A DNA stretch of 64,000 nucleotides, from the NCBI RefSeq assembly GCF_036588685.1, contig NC_086376.1, positions 17,236,001 through 17,300,000 of the forward strand. Reading direction: 5' to 3'. The notes beneath the pieces were generated by a model. It was not told the origin of the DNA and made no database searches. It saw only the letters and a program-made list of their open reading frames with translations. The position numbers and the translations under genes are program-made. Positions 39,501-49,599 of this stretch are shown here, piece by piece. The DNA is from Mytilus trossulus. Its lineage: Eukaryota. Positions within the stretch are counted from its first letter, which is position 1. Every line of letters starts with the position of its first letter.

Positions 39501-41224
39501 GATTTGTATGGTATGGGATGACAAGAGATGTAGATCAGTGGATTACACAATGCAACAGATGCATAAGACGAAAAACACCAACTAACGAAAGAGCACCACT
39601 AGTTAGTATTGAAACATACCAACCACTTGAACTAGTATGCATGGACTACTTATCACTGGAAAGATCCAAAGGAGGGTTTGAAAATGTTCTTGTCATTACC
39701 GATCACTTTACCCGGTATGCCTTGGCAATTCCAACGAAGAACCAAACAGCAAAGACTACCGCCGAAGCATTTTTCAACCACTTTGTAGTACATTACGGAT
39801 TGCCAGAACGTATTCACAGTGACCAAGGTGCCAACTTTGAATCGAACATCATTAAAGAACTATGTAACATCACAGGCATGCAGAAATCACGTACTACACC
39901 TTACCATCCTATGGGCAACGGTACTACAGAGCGTTTCAATCGAACATTACTGAGTATGTTAGGTACATTGGAAACAACACAGAAGAAAGATTGGAAAGCA
40001 CATATTGCTGGATTGGTACATGCTTACAACTGCACTAGACAGACAACTACCAGATACTCACCTTACTTCCTTATGTTTGGTAGAGAACCAAGATTACCGA
40101 TTGACATCGCCTTCAACCTTCCTGGTAATGAACAGAAGCAACCAGCAGTGACGAAGTATATTGAAACTGTACAGAAAAGATTGAAAGAAGCATACGAGTT
40201 GGCAACAAAACACTCGAGAATAGGGAAAGATAGACAGAAATACAACTACAACAAGAAAGCTAGATCAGCCATCTTACAAACCGGCGACAGAGTCTTAGTA
40301 AAGATCTTGGCCTTCGACGGGAAACATAAGCTAGCTGACAAGTGGGAAGAAGATCCATACCAGATTGTTAATCAGCCTAACAAAGAGATACCTGTGTATG
40401 AGGTCAAGAAAGAAAACGGAACTGGAAGGAAGAAGACACTTCATCGCAATCTTCTACTTCCAATTGGATTTCTGCCAAAGACTGTTGAGTCTGAGATAGC
40501 TCCTGCACCTAGACAGAGGCGTAAACCGCTGAGGTCTGGACGACCACCGACGAAGTCTTTTGGGAACAGCATTGAAAAGATGTCTGCATCGGAATCAGAT
40601 GAGGAGTCGGAGCAGGGGTATTGGATAATAGAGACAGGGAGGAGTACACCTAGCAACACTGACAGTGAAGCAGATATGGTGGAAAGACTTAGGGTAGATG
40701 ATGTAACTATCAGCGACACGGGTGACGATCTTGATGCCGTTGGTAGTAGCCAGGTTAATGGTTTAGTAGAGGACGCTTTACCTTCAGATATAGTAAATGC
40801 TGAAGAACCTAACCCTGGAACAGAGGATGTTGAACCTGCAGCGACTGGTCAAAATATTGAAGATGACACTTTAGAATCAGATAATGGCAGTGCGTTGACG
40901 GAGGATCCATCTCTAGATGAAATGGCAGATGAACCCACACATGATGAAACTACAAGAGTACAACCAGTAAGAGAAAGAAGACGTAGATACTTACCTACAC
41001 CACCACGGCACATACCAGAACCTACCACACTTGCTAGACCTCAGAGAAATCGAAAACCACCGAAGTACCTGCAAGATTATGTAACTACAACAAAGCAGGC
41101 TACAACTAAACCAGATTGGTTAGCTAAAGTACATTGGTTAGAAAGTCAGGCAGAAACAGGACGTTTTAGAGGTCTAGAGATTGAACTATCGAGGGCTATC
41201 ATCAAGATTATTGAGAACAGTTGA
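36512..41224 (+). CDS. pol: Gypsy polyprotein, 1570 aa: Arg-rich leader, CCHC knuckle, protease, RT, RNase H, integrase, acidic tail
   Basis: CYRCGGLDHIAIGC; LLDTGS; RMCIDYRQLN, LDMKSGYHQ, RLPFGLVNSP, YLDDLII; LHTDAS..ERNY..LEFLA..TDNNPL..N.DAD.LSR; HDDMGH..CNRC, MDYL, HSDQG, ERFNRTL. Confidence 0.97.
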   Translation: MEQYGPKKKRHRRRRRQRPYWDNDFDNQANQNYSPTATPIPKDPIVCYRCGGLDHIAIGCRIRLDHSRQAFNFQQINTEDRTYAYQQQQSTQDVTDQLIGNTNEVTVKIHGIPATALLDTGSTVSTVSESFHRKYLPDHTIQTLNRILHIECADGENLPYHGYITVDLELPGASPSDLPQPCLLLVVPDSNYNKAVPLLLGTNVLHRAMDDVKQRFGHRFLQNANLITPWYMTFRCLLLREKELNKRNNRLALIKCAEGKTVRIPPNKDVMLQGYMDHELPYHPVCGILQPTHKAAVPEDLDIAPTLVNYQYRDNRLVPVHISNVTTRTITVSPNAILCELQPVSIADIETPDGTDYDVLNDVHLPTDVLSDEQLEKGKQLLRQYRDVFSMSDTDIGHTDAVRHRIDLTDDTPFKQRHRRIPPAMFDEVRTHLQQLLTAGIIRRSHSPWSSNVVLCRKKDGKLRMCIDYRQLNQRSVKDSYALPRSEEILDALGGNTLYTVLDMKSGYHQVEVEESHKQRTAFTVGPLGFYEFNRLPFGLVNSPATYQRLMEEILGDLHLDICFIYLDDLIIFSDTYEEHLVRLEKVLQRLRESNLKLSPKKCSFLQEKVKYIGHIVSKDGIQPDPAKIDKVTNWPRPTTPEEVRRFLGFVGYYRKFVKDFSKIARPLTDLMPPPKSSSKKRKPKPRDPNSQSWIWGDLQEQAFQTLKTALASPPILGFPRYNKQFELHTDASMQGLGAVLYQEQENKKRVIAYASRGLSKTERNYPVHKLEFLALKWAVTEKFHDYLYGNTFTVLTDNNPLTYVLTSAKLDATGHRWIAALASYNFNIMYRPGSKNADADSLSRLPELLGRSPSNLEATSVKAICNLQHTQPFVDTLSMNTLATVDDTSLPAQHLVDIKSEQKSDYRIKEWIYWVSEHRKPNKEQLERSAENTWFINNFDKLQLKDGILFREATFDCQTVKQFVLPETCVPKVMKALHDDMGHQGRDKTLSLIRDRFVWYGMTRDVDQWITQCNRCIRRKTPTNERAPLVSIETYQPLELVCMDYLSLERSKGGFENVLVITDHFTRYALAIPTKNQTAKTTAEAFFNHFVVHYGLPERIHSDQGANFESNIIKELCNITGMQKSRTTPYHPMGNGTTERFNRTLLSMLGTLETTQKKDWKAHIAGLVHAYNCTRQTTTRYSPYFLMFGREPRLPIDIAFNLPGNEQKQPAVTKYIETVQKRLKEAYELATKHSRIGKDRQKYNYNKKARSAILQTGDRVLVKILAFDGKHKLADKWEEDPYQIVNQPNKEIPVYEVKKENGTGRKKTLHRNLLLPIGFLPKTVESEIAPAPRQRRKPLRSGRPPTKSFGNSIEKMSASESDEESEQGYWIIETGRSTPSNTDSEADMVERLRVDDVTISDTGDDLDAVGSSQVNGLVEDALPSDIVNAEEPNPGTEDVEPAATGQNIEDDTLESDNGSALTEDPSLDEMADEPTHDETTRVQPVRERRRRYLPTPPRHIPEPTTLARPQRNRKPPKYLQDYVTTTKQATTKPDWLAKVHWLESQAETGRFRGLEIELSRAIIKIIENS

Positions 41225-41303
41225 AATGTAAACAGCTTGACGAGGACGACAAGGTCATAAGAGGGGAGAAAGACACAATGACATGGAAGTCATTTTCTTC
41301 AAC

Positions 41304-41314
41304 AGAGGGGAGAA
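41304..41314 (+). promoter_or_regulatory. Polypurine tract
   Basis: AGAGGGGAGAA directly before the 3' LTR; identical copy at 41260-41270. Confidence 0.85.
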
Positions 41315-42759
41315 TGTAGTAGTGTCATTTTTACGCCTATAAAATAATAGTAAAAATATCTTTAAAATTCTTTAATTAATTGCATTTATTATAACGTTTA
41401 AATCTAGAATTTTGATAAAGGAATATTATTATTTAAATCAAATCTACACTTTACTTTTTATATTGAGTTCATGAATATTCAAAAGGTTCTTACTTTAAAT
41501 TACGTATTTGATTGGTCATTGTGATTTCGCGGTCAATTTATATTTTGTATTGACCAGGTATAATTTGCACGGGAACTTGACAATTACAGTCGCATTATAT
41601 TGTATCCCGATTTATATAACTGTGTTATGGTTTTAATTCATTGTGGACACAACATATTACATATTGATGTAAGTTAACTTCTTTATTGTATAATTAGTAT
41701 TTTTCACATGTAAATGATAAATTTAGCAAAGTTTCTATTGTATGACTTCGTTCTCCTCGTAAAGTTTGGTTATTACATAAGTATGATAGATGTACCCGAG
41801 AATCTTTTATTTAGCTTCGTGCTACATGTATTTTATTATCTACCGTTAATTTGTCACGGTAGAACTAGATAGTTGCTTAGCTATTTGATTATTGACACAG
41901 ATAATTTATATTTCATAAATGGCGGCATATTAGACAAAATAAGGAAAAGAGATAAAGTTGATATTTATTTGTACATTTATATTATACATTGTAATGATAG
42001 AAGTATAACTATAAATGAACTTGAGTTATTTTGTCATATCGTATGTTTTAATATTTTATGAGTCCGAATGTTTATGATTGCATTTTGGTTTTAGGACTCC
42101 ATTGATGTAATTATATACAGAATATACATTGTGAACTGTGCCTTGTCCTTGCCAGTAAAAACTCACTCCACAAGTGGTAAGAGTCAATCTATTTTTAACT
42201 ATGTAATGTTGTAAACAAGACGTTATGAATTATTTCCCTTTAAATATGCGGTTTTAAGCATATTTAATATATATTGGCTTAATTAGTCTTTATGAAAATA
42301 GTATTTACAATTCGACGATTGTTGTAACGTAATTGTATGTAAAGAACAAACAATATATTATGTTCCGATCAGTTAAATGTTATATTTGCAGTTTTAACTT
42401 TAGTTTTGTACCGTACACATAGTAAACCAGTAAACACTATATAGTACATTATTTACGATAATGGGTTACATTCTTGTGTAGTGTTTCACAATGAGAAATG
42501 AAAGTACATGTAACATCAGCTCACTGATAGTCTATAATATGTAATAGCTGTTTAGTACACAGTATTAAAGTGCATTGTATTTTACCATAACTATATGTGA
42601 TAATGTATAACTTAGGGTACTTGAGTTTTATAATAGATCTGTTATTTATAATTGTGATATTGTTATTTCAGAGTTTATTTGTATACTACTGGTATAATAA
42701 ATAATCCGAACCCTAAACAGAGTTTGTTATATCTTTATCCAAGAATCGAACCTGTTACA
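41315..42759 (+). repeat. 3' LTR (1445 bp)
   Basis: Matches the 5' LTR; the only difference noticed is one extra TA at ~42268. Confidence 0.97.
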
Positions 42760-42952
42760 GTCGTTTGTTTATGTGTTACATATTTGTTTTTCGTTCATTT
42801 TTTTTTATATAAATAAGGCCGTTAGTTTTCTCGTTTGAATTGTTTTACATTGTCTTATCGGGGCCTTTTATAGCTGACTATGCGGCATGGGCTTTGCTCA
42901 TTGTTGAAGGCCTTACGGTGACCTATAGTTGTTAATGACTGTGTCATTTTAG

Positions 42953-45900
42953 TCATAAGCTCATATAAACACATATTCTGTTGTCTCTATTTTCTTCGCT
43001 GTAATTGTTTGACATCTTCAAGAAATATTTTCTGGTATGCCTTTTTGTAACACAAAGATGTATGACTGCTGCGATAAATATCACCAAAATAATTACACTT
43101 ATAAATGTCACATATGCCAAAATTGTACTAAGCGTTATATCTGAAAACAAAAGTATCGAGAAGCATTACTGTGAAATATTGTTACGCCGTGTAAGTTTTG
43201 CAAATATCGTGTGAAGTCTTAGAAAAAAAAGATTATTCCATTTTTTTTCCTAACTTCGTAAACAAGTAAGTAATAAAAAATATTGATATCAATACGAGAT
43301 AATGTGGTGTGATATGGTCGCCAATGAAACAACTATCAACAAAACGGACTAACTATTATGGGCCAGCGTACGTAACAATGAGTAAAACCGTATAGTAAGA
43401 AGCTATAAAGGGCTTTAATGGATAAAGTCTGATTTATTCAATTTTTAACATTTCATCACAATCTTGCATATTTGATGAATATGTTTTCAAAATTGCCCAG
43501 CTATGTTTCTAGAGACACATTCGAATTCATAATCCATTAAAAAGTAATTTAGTTTAGAAAAACACGCCCTATGCATAGAAACCTAAAGAATATCTTTACC
43601 TGCATCAATATGTGTTTCTGTTGATGATCTTTCTGTAACAGTATAAAGATTTTTTTTGTCTGTCGCACCACCCATGCCATCTATTAAAACAATGGTAAAA
43701 TAGTCATTATAAAATTATTATGATTTTCATATTCTAAAGCATATGATATAACTCTCAGTTTTTATTGGTGGTTGTGTTTCTTATTCTTTAGTTCTATATA
43801 AAGTCTGATGACGATATATATTCATCTTTTAGTCAAACTTATATTTTGGACATAACGTTGTCAGTTTCTCTCGACTAATGAGTTTAGAATGTTCGAATTG
43901 TTCCCCCCCCTCCTTTTTGTGATTGCACTCTCTATCTAGGAGAAAACATCTTGTTTCAATTTTTTATTATATTTTTTTACGTTTTTGTAACGACCATTCC
44001 AAAAGCAGCAACTTGAACATGGTTATATCTCCCATGAAGTGAATACGACACTCCATTTAAGAATTAGAGTAACACCTTTAAGCCAGAAACATTTCTGCTT
44101 TTTCTTTTGTTTTTTGTTTTTATCACGCCACAGTTTTTAAGTTTACAGTATAAAACTTTATGGTCAAGGTCGATGTTCATCCATAACCATTGACAGCCAT
44201 AAAATTCTAAAAGACCCTATAAATTATTTTCATAATGTACCGGAGACTAAACAGTTTCTGAAATTAGAAAAATGGAACACGAACCAAAGTTGCAATTTGA
44301 TGTCCTAAATCTTTCTGAAAATTGACATTTTCGCTACGAAAAAAGAACCCCGAACTTAAGTATTTTAAGGTTGACACAGTTGTTTTTATAATAATACGGT
44401 CAGCAATAGCAAGGTAGACAAAAACCTAAATAACTCATACAATGCTTTTTAAAAAAAAAATAAGGCTCACATTCAAGATGGTTATTTCGCACAAAGACGA
44501 AATACTTATTTGTATCAGTATACATATATCTTTTAAAGTATGTGTTTTTTTAAGAACTTTAGTATTTTCACAGCTTTATATAATTGGTTTATTTATAACT
44601 TATGCCGCTTAAAGTTTTATTTCGCATTTTTAATAAAACATATCAATAATCAATCATATACACGGAAATAGACTGACGTGAATTCAAGTTCAACGCAATT
44701 GTTCAATGCATATGCACATATATATATATGTTTCACATAAAACGATGAATTAGTACTTCAAATCAAAGCAAATCAGAGTATGCATATACAAACCCACGAT
44801 GTTCAAAAGCACTTCGGTAGTATTAACGTTTCCATCTATAGTTTTGAAACATTTGTATACTCCTGCGTCTGACCTTGAAACATTCTCTATCTGCAAATTG
44901 TATTCTCCCCTTTGTATGTTACCCACTATCTTTAACTTGTCTTTGTGAGGTAAATTGATATTAATAATGCCTCGATCACCGTAAACTGTATTCTCCCGTA
45001 TCCATTGACTTCGGTTCTCGAACGTCTGACATTGTAAGATAACTGTTTCTCCCACTAGTCCAATGATTTCTGTCAATGCATGCACTAGTAATAAGAAAAA
45101 TGAAAGATTTCAAATATGTATGAAAAAAATAAAATCACAAAAATACTGAATATTCAAGACCAAAATCAAAAGCTCAAAGTCAACAAACGAATGAGATAAC
45201 AACTGTTATATTTTCAACTTTGTACAGATATTTTCTTATGTAGAAAATGATGGATTAAACCTGGGTTTAAAGCGCTAAGCATCACCTTGTTTTATAGTCG
45301 CAAACTAAAATATACAACTCGTTTCATACACGACCTAAAAATGCCGATTTGGCACCAACAAAAATATGGTAATGGTCTTTAATATCAAAAGTTTAGATAA
45401 ATGAGATTTTCATATCATAAAAAATTCTGAGGAAGAGTTGTCAATGGCAGTAATCTATTGGGTAAAACCTTGACTCATATCTAAGTATACCAAACAATAA
45501 GCAAAAAGGCCAATTTTGTCATATTTAACAATTTCCGTACTGTGTTTCTGATATTATAAATGACATTTCAAACCAAATTTTCCAGATAATTCCTTCCCAT
45601 TCATTTATCAACAAATAAACCAAAATTCTGAAGGAGTGAATCCTTATTTCATTTCAGTGTATTTATCTTTAGGAATTAGTAACCTAACAAAACAATGGGA
45701 GACTTTTTGCATTTCATCATCTATAATACGTTATTTAAACAATATGAAAATAAAGATATGTAGTATATGCTTGCCAATGAGACAATTATCCATCAAAGTT
45801 CAAATGAAGTGAACGTTAGCAATTATAAGCAATCGCACGGCCTGCAACAATTAGAAATACCCATTTAGTATAGTTGTCTATATAAGACTCCGACATGACA

Positions 45901-48900
45901 AGTATGAATTAGTTCAATTGTGAAAGCATCCGGCCTAGTTTATAACAAAATAATTCAGGGAAACCAAATACGACAGATATGAAACAACGACATTAATAGT
46001 TATCAAAGGTACCAGGATTATAATTTAGTTCGCCAGACGCGCGCTTCGTCTTCACAAGACCCACCAGTGACGCTCATATCAAAATATTTATAAAGCCAAA
46101 CTAGTACAAAGTTAAAGAGCTTGAGGATCCAAAATTCCAAAAAGTTGTGCCAAATACGGCTAAGGTAATCTATGCATGGGATAAGAAAATCCTTACTTTT
46201 TCGAAACATACCAAATTTTGTAAACAGGAAGAAATGTATCTTTTTTTTTGGTGAAATTAATTATTGATATAGTATTTTTATATTATATCGACATTGCTTG
46301 AAAGATCGTCAATATCGGATGACGAATTTATATCTTCTACTTGATTTTTTTCTACAAGTAACGGAAGTAACGGCTCAAAATGATACGGTCGAATATCTAA
46401 AGTTAGAGAGTTGCCTTGAAAACTGATGCTAACACTGTCCATTGTTTAATTATGAAGAAATATGATCGACTTCGTCCTCATTGAGACATTTTCTCGGCTT
46501 GTATCCACTGACGTCATCACGATCACGTGACCGGTATCTCATTAAAAATCAAAGATTACGACAAGCGCTGGATTCTTTGACCATTTAAAGGCCGTTAAAT
46601 GATGTTTTGACAAGAAAAATTTATTACAATATATTTTTTTTACCAATATTTATTAACTAATAAAAAAAAATAAAAAAATGTGTCACGTCTCCAACAGCTA
46701 CTACATGTTCCTCTTTTGGGACAGACACATAAATAAGGTTGCCGGGCTAAACATGTTTGTGAGCACTCAACCCTCCCCAACCTTAGACAATAGTTCACAG
46801 CACAATATAAGAATAAAAAGTAAAATCACAAAAATACTGAACTCAGAGAAAAATCAATTCGGAAAGTCCGTTATCATCAGATCGGTGCAAAACATAAAAA
46901 AAAATAAAAAAATAAAACAAATTCACAGATCAAAAGTTGCAGGGTATATCTACATCCCTGACAAAAAAAAGACAAAGAGAACATATATGAGATGACTCGC
47001 AGTTACCCGACAGCTAGTTCAAAGACAATACCAAATAATACAGGAAATCATGTATTCAGGACTAGAATATTAATCAGGAAACGCAACATCCGAAGGATTT
47101 AGCATAAAAACTTCATTTACCGTCAGCGAAAAAAACCGACTCTGTGCCATGCAAAAATAAAGGTATCGACAGAATGTAGTGTAGTAGTGCATATTAAGTG
47201 TATACTAATTATATTTAATATAGTTTTAATTCACTGATAATAAAATCAATACTTATTGATGCATGATTTTTTTATTAGTTGTTAGTGGCTTGGAACTAGC
47301 TATCAGATAGCTGCGAGTACTCTCAGATCTGTTCATTGTGTCTTTTTGTGTCTTGTATTTTTGTCCATCTGATGAGTAAAGCCCTTTTTAACTGATTATT
47401 ATAGTTCGTTCTTATGTTTTACTGTTATACCACTGTCCCAGGTTAGGGGGAGGGTTGGGATCCCGCTAATATGTTTAACCCCGCCACATTATTTATGTTT
47501 GTGCCTGTCCCAAGTCAGGAGCCTGTTATTCAGTGGTTGTCGTTTGTTTATGTGTTTCATATTTGTTTTTCGTTAATTTTTTTTATATATATAAAGGCCG
47601 TTAGTTTTCTCGTTTGTATTGTTTTACATTGTATAATCGGGGCCTTTTATAGCTGACTATGCGATATTGGCTTTGCTCATTGTTGAAGGCCGTAGGGTGA
47701 CCTATAGTTGTTAATGTCTGGGTCATTTTGGTCTCTTGTGGACAGTTGTCTCTTTGGAAATCATACCACATCTTTTACATATTATACCAATAAAGACAAT
47801 ATTCAAAGATCTAATTTGAATTGGTAACTTTTTTCGAATAAATGTATTCAAAGGATAGATAAGTTTATCAAAACCGTATATAAATATCTGGGTTTTGGAA
47901 CAACGTCTACGTTAAACTTAGAATGTGCTAATATATTTGAAATTCGCTTTTTATAGGTACAATCAAACTTGCAAACCTAATCTTTGTATCTATAAAAGTA
48001 AAGGTTAAAAGTTTTTTTGGGGAAACGAAATCCCTGACTTAATAATTTACCAGTGATACCTTATAATAGATTACGCTCATTGAAATCCCAAATCGTGACT
48101 ACAGACTACAACAGTGAAAAGTGAATAGTGCACATACTTCAGCCCGGACGTGTTATTTTATCCTTAAGGACTACAGTGAAGTATTTACGTCATACCACCA
48201 CCACAATGGTGAGCGTTTTGTCGGCCGCTATAAACACAGAACTCTTAACTTTCAAGTACTTTTGTTTTTAGTTCTATAGAGATGGGCGTTCTAATTACAT
48301 TTTGTTTTATTTCTAAACTATTTTTGAAATGTAATTTGGAATCAATTGACCTTTTTTTGTCAGATTTCTCACATTTACATCGAGTTCTTTAAACATCTAG
48401 GATTTTTTATTTTAAATATTTGCCTAATTTTTATTCTCAATTGTGATCACTTATACGGAACTTTGTAAGTAACTGCATGGCTAAGTATGAAAGTTTTTCT
48501 ATTAATATTTGATCGTCTAGTTTTATTTTGTAGTTTACTGTAAAGAAATAGTTTAAAACTAAAACGTTTTCTTCCCGTGAAAGAGACGCTGTTAAAGAAT
48601 TGCTGAAAAGTATGAATGATTATAAAAATCGACATAAATTTCTTTGTCGAATTTTAATCAAGCAATTATAACAATAGCAAAAGTGAACATTCATTTCAAT
48701 TACCTTCCTTACTTATTATATTGAACTGACAGTATTTGAACTTTATTTCCCAAAAAGAAAAATATCAATAACTTAAACACGATTTCGAATAAAAACAAAA
48801 CAAAACAAACAAAAATTAAAAAGAAAATCCATAAAACAAAAATTAAAAAAATAATAAAAAAACACCAAAAAACATTACCACTCTGGGATCATTTTACTTT

Positions 48901-49082
48901 CTATAATGATTCACTCATCTCCCAAAAAGTTTGTTCAAAATAAATTCAAGGAAGCATTTGCTTTTAACATGTAATTTGTATGATAAATTAATAAATACAA
49001 GCCTTATATGCCATGTATACTACTTACCTTGAGAAGATAATGTCATATACAACAAAACAGTTAAATTAGCTAGTTTGTACAT
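42953..49082 (-). CDS. Ig V/I-set transmembrane receptor: signal-peptide exon plus proximal module with truncated tail
   Basis: Exon 1 49082-49028 MYKLANLTVLLYMTLSSQ G|GTAAGT; exon 2 45084-44794 Ig; exon 3 43680-43600; exon 4 43140-42953 TM followed by a 2-nt frameshift (TATATGAG vs TATGAG) and a stop at the repeat junction. Confidence 0.8.
45997..46230 (-). mobile_element. Retrozyme copy with mutated hammerhead core, in intron 1 of the Ig gene
   Basis: Homologous to 4956-5227; core reads CTGGTGG..GAAG instead of CTGATGA..GAAA. Confidence 0.85.
47950..48230 (-). mobile_element. Internally deleted Penelope-like remnant
   Basis: ~47950-48110 resembles 51760-51912 and ~48160-48228 resembles 52960-53026. 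Confidence 0.65.
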
Positions 49083-49599
49083 TTCCACAAAAATTAACAA
49101 CATAAGACTGTATGTACCAATTTTTCTAACATTCCTATAAATAATATAAAAATCGTGTCAAGGAAATATTTAATGTTGCATCAAGTACATCACATTATTG
49201 TAGCAAATAGTGACACATATAAGAACAGAAACACTTATTATTCTTCAAATAAATAAACATATATGGTCGAGTTGTTGTCATTTTGACACATTCCCCATTT
49301 CCATTTTCAATTTTCTATAAAAGACAACTCAAGAAATTCAAGCATATTTTAAGGGTTAAGATAACGGTGTCTTCCTGGAATGTCTACGTTTAACAAATAT
49401 CTATAGGTCTTTTTTTTGTAGGGCACGCTTTTGTCGCCCTCTTAACAAAACAAATGTAATACAAAAAGTTAAGGCAGGGGCTTATCTCGCCCTTTATTTA
49501 TATGTATTCAAATACAAATTATTCTGTTCTGCCGTCTTTTTTATATCTTTCACTCGTTGCTCTGAGTATAGAAAGTTCTGATATCTAATCACTGGTCGC

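Larger units (their letters stand above)
33712..42759 (+). mobile_element. Ty3/Gypsy LTR retrotransposon, 9048 bp, very recent
   Basis: TG..CA LTRs, 4-bp TSD GTCG (33708-33711 / 42760-42763), PBS, PPT, single intact ORF in PR-RT-RH-IN order. Confidence 0.97.
33501..42953 (+). repeat. ~400-bp copy of an abundant interspersed repeat, split by the LTR element (33501-33711 + 42760-42953); intact relatives at 47258-47780 (+) and 51234-51712 (-)
   Basis: Removing the LTR element restores CAGTGGT.GTCG|TTTGTTTATGTG as seen at ~47530-47555. Confidence 0.85.

Noticed and set aside
36673-40719. Short minus-strand ORFs inside pol
   Set aside because: Antisense shadows without motifs
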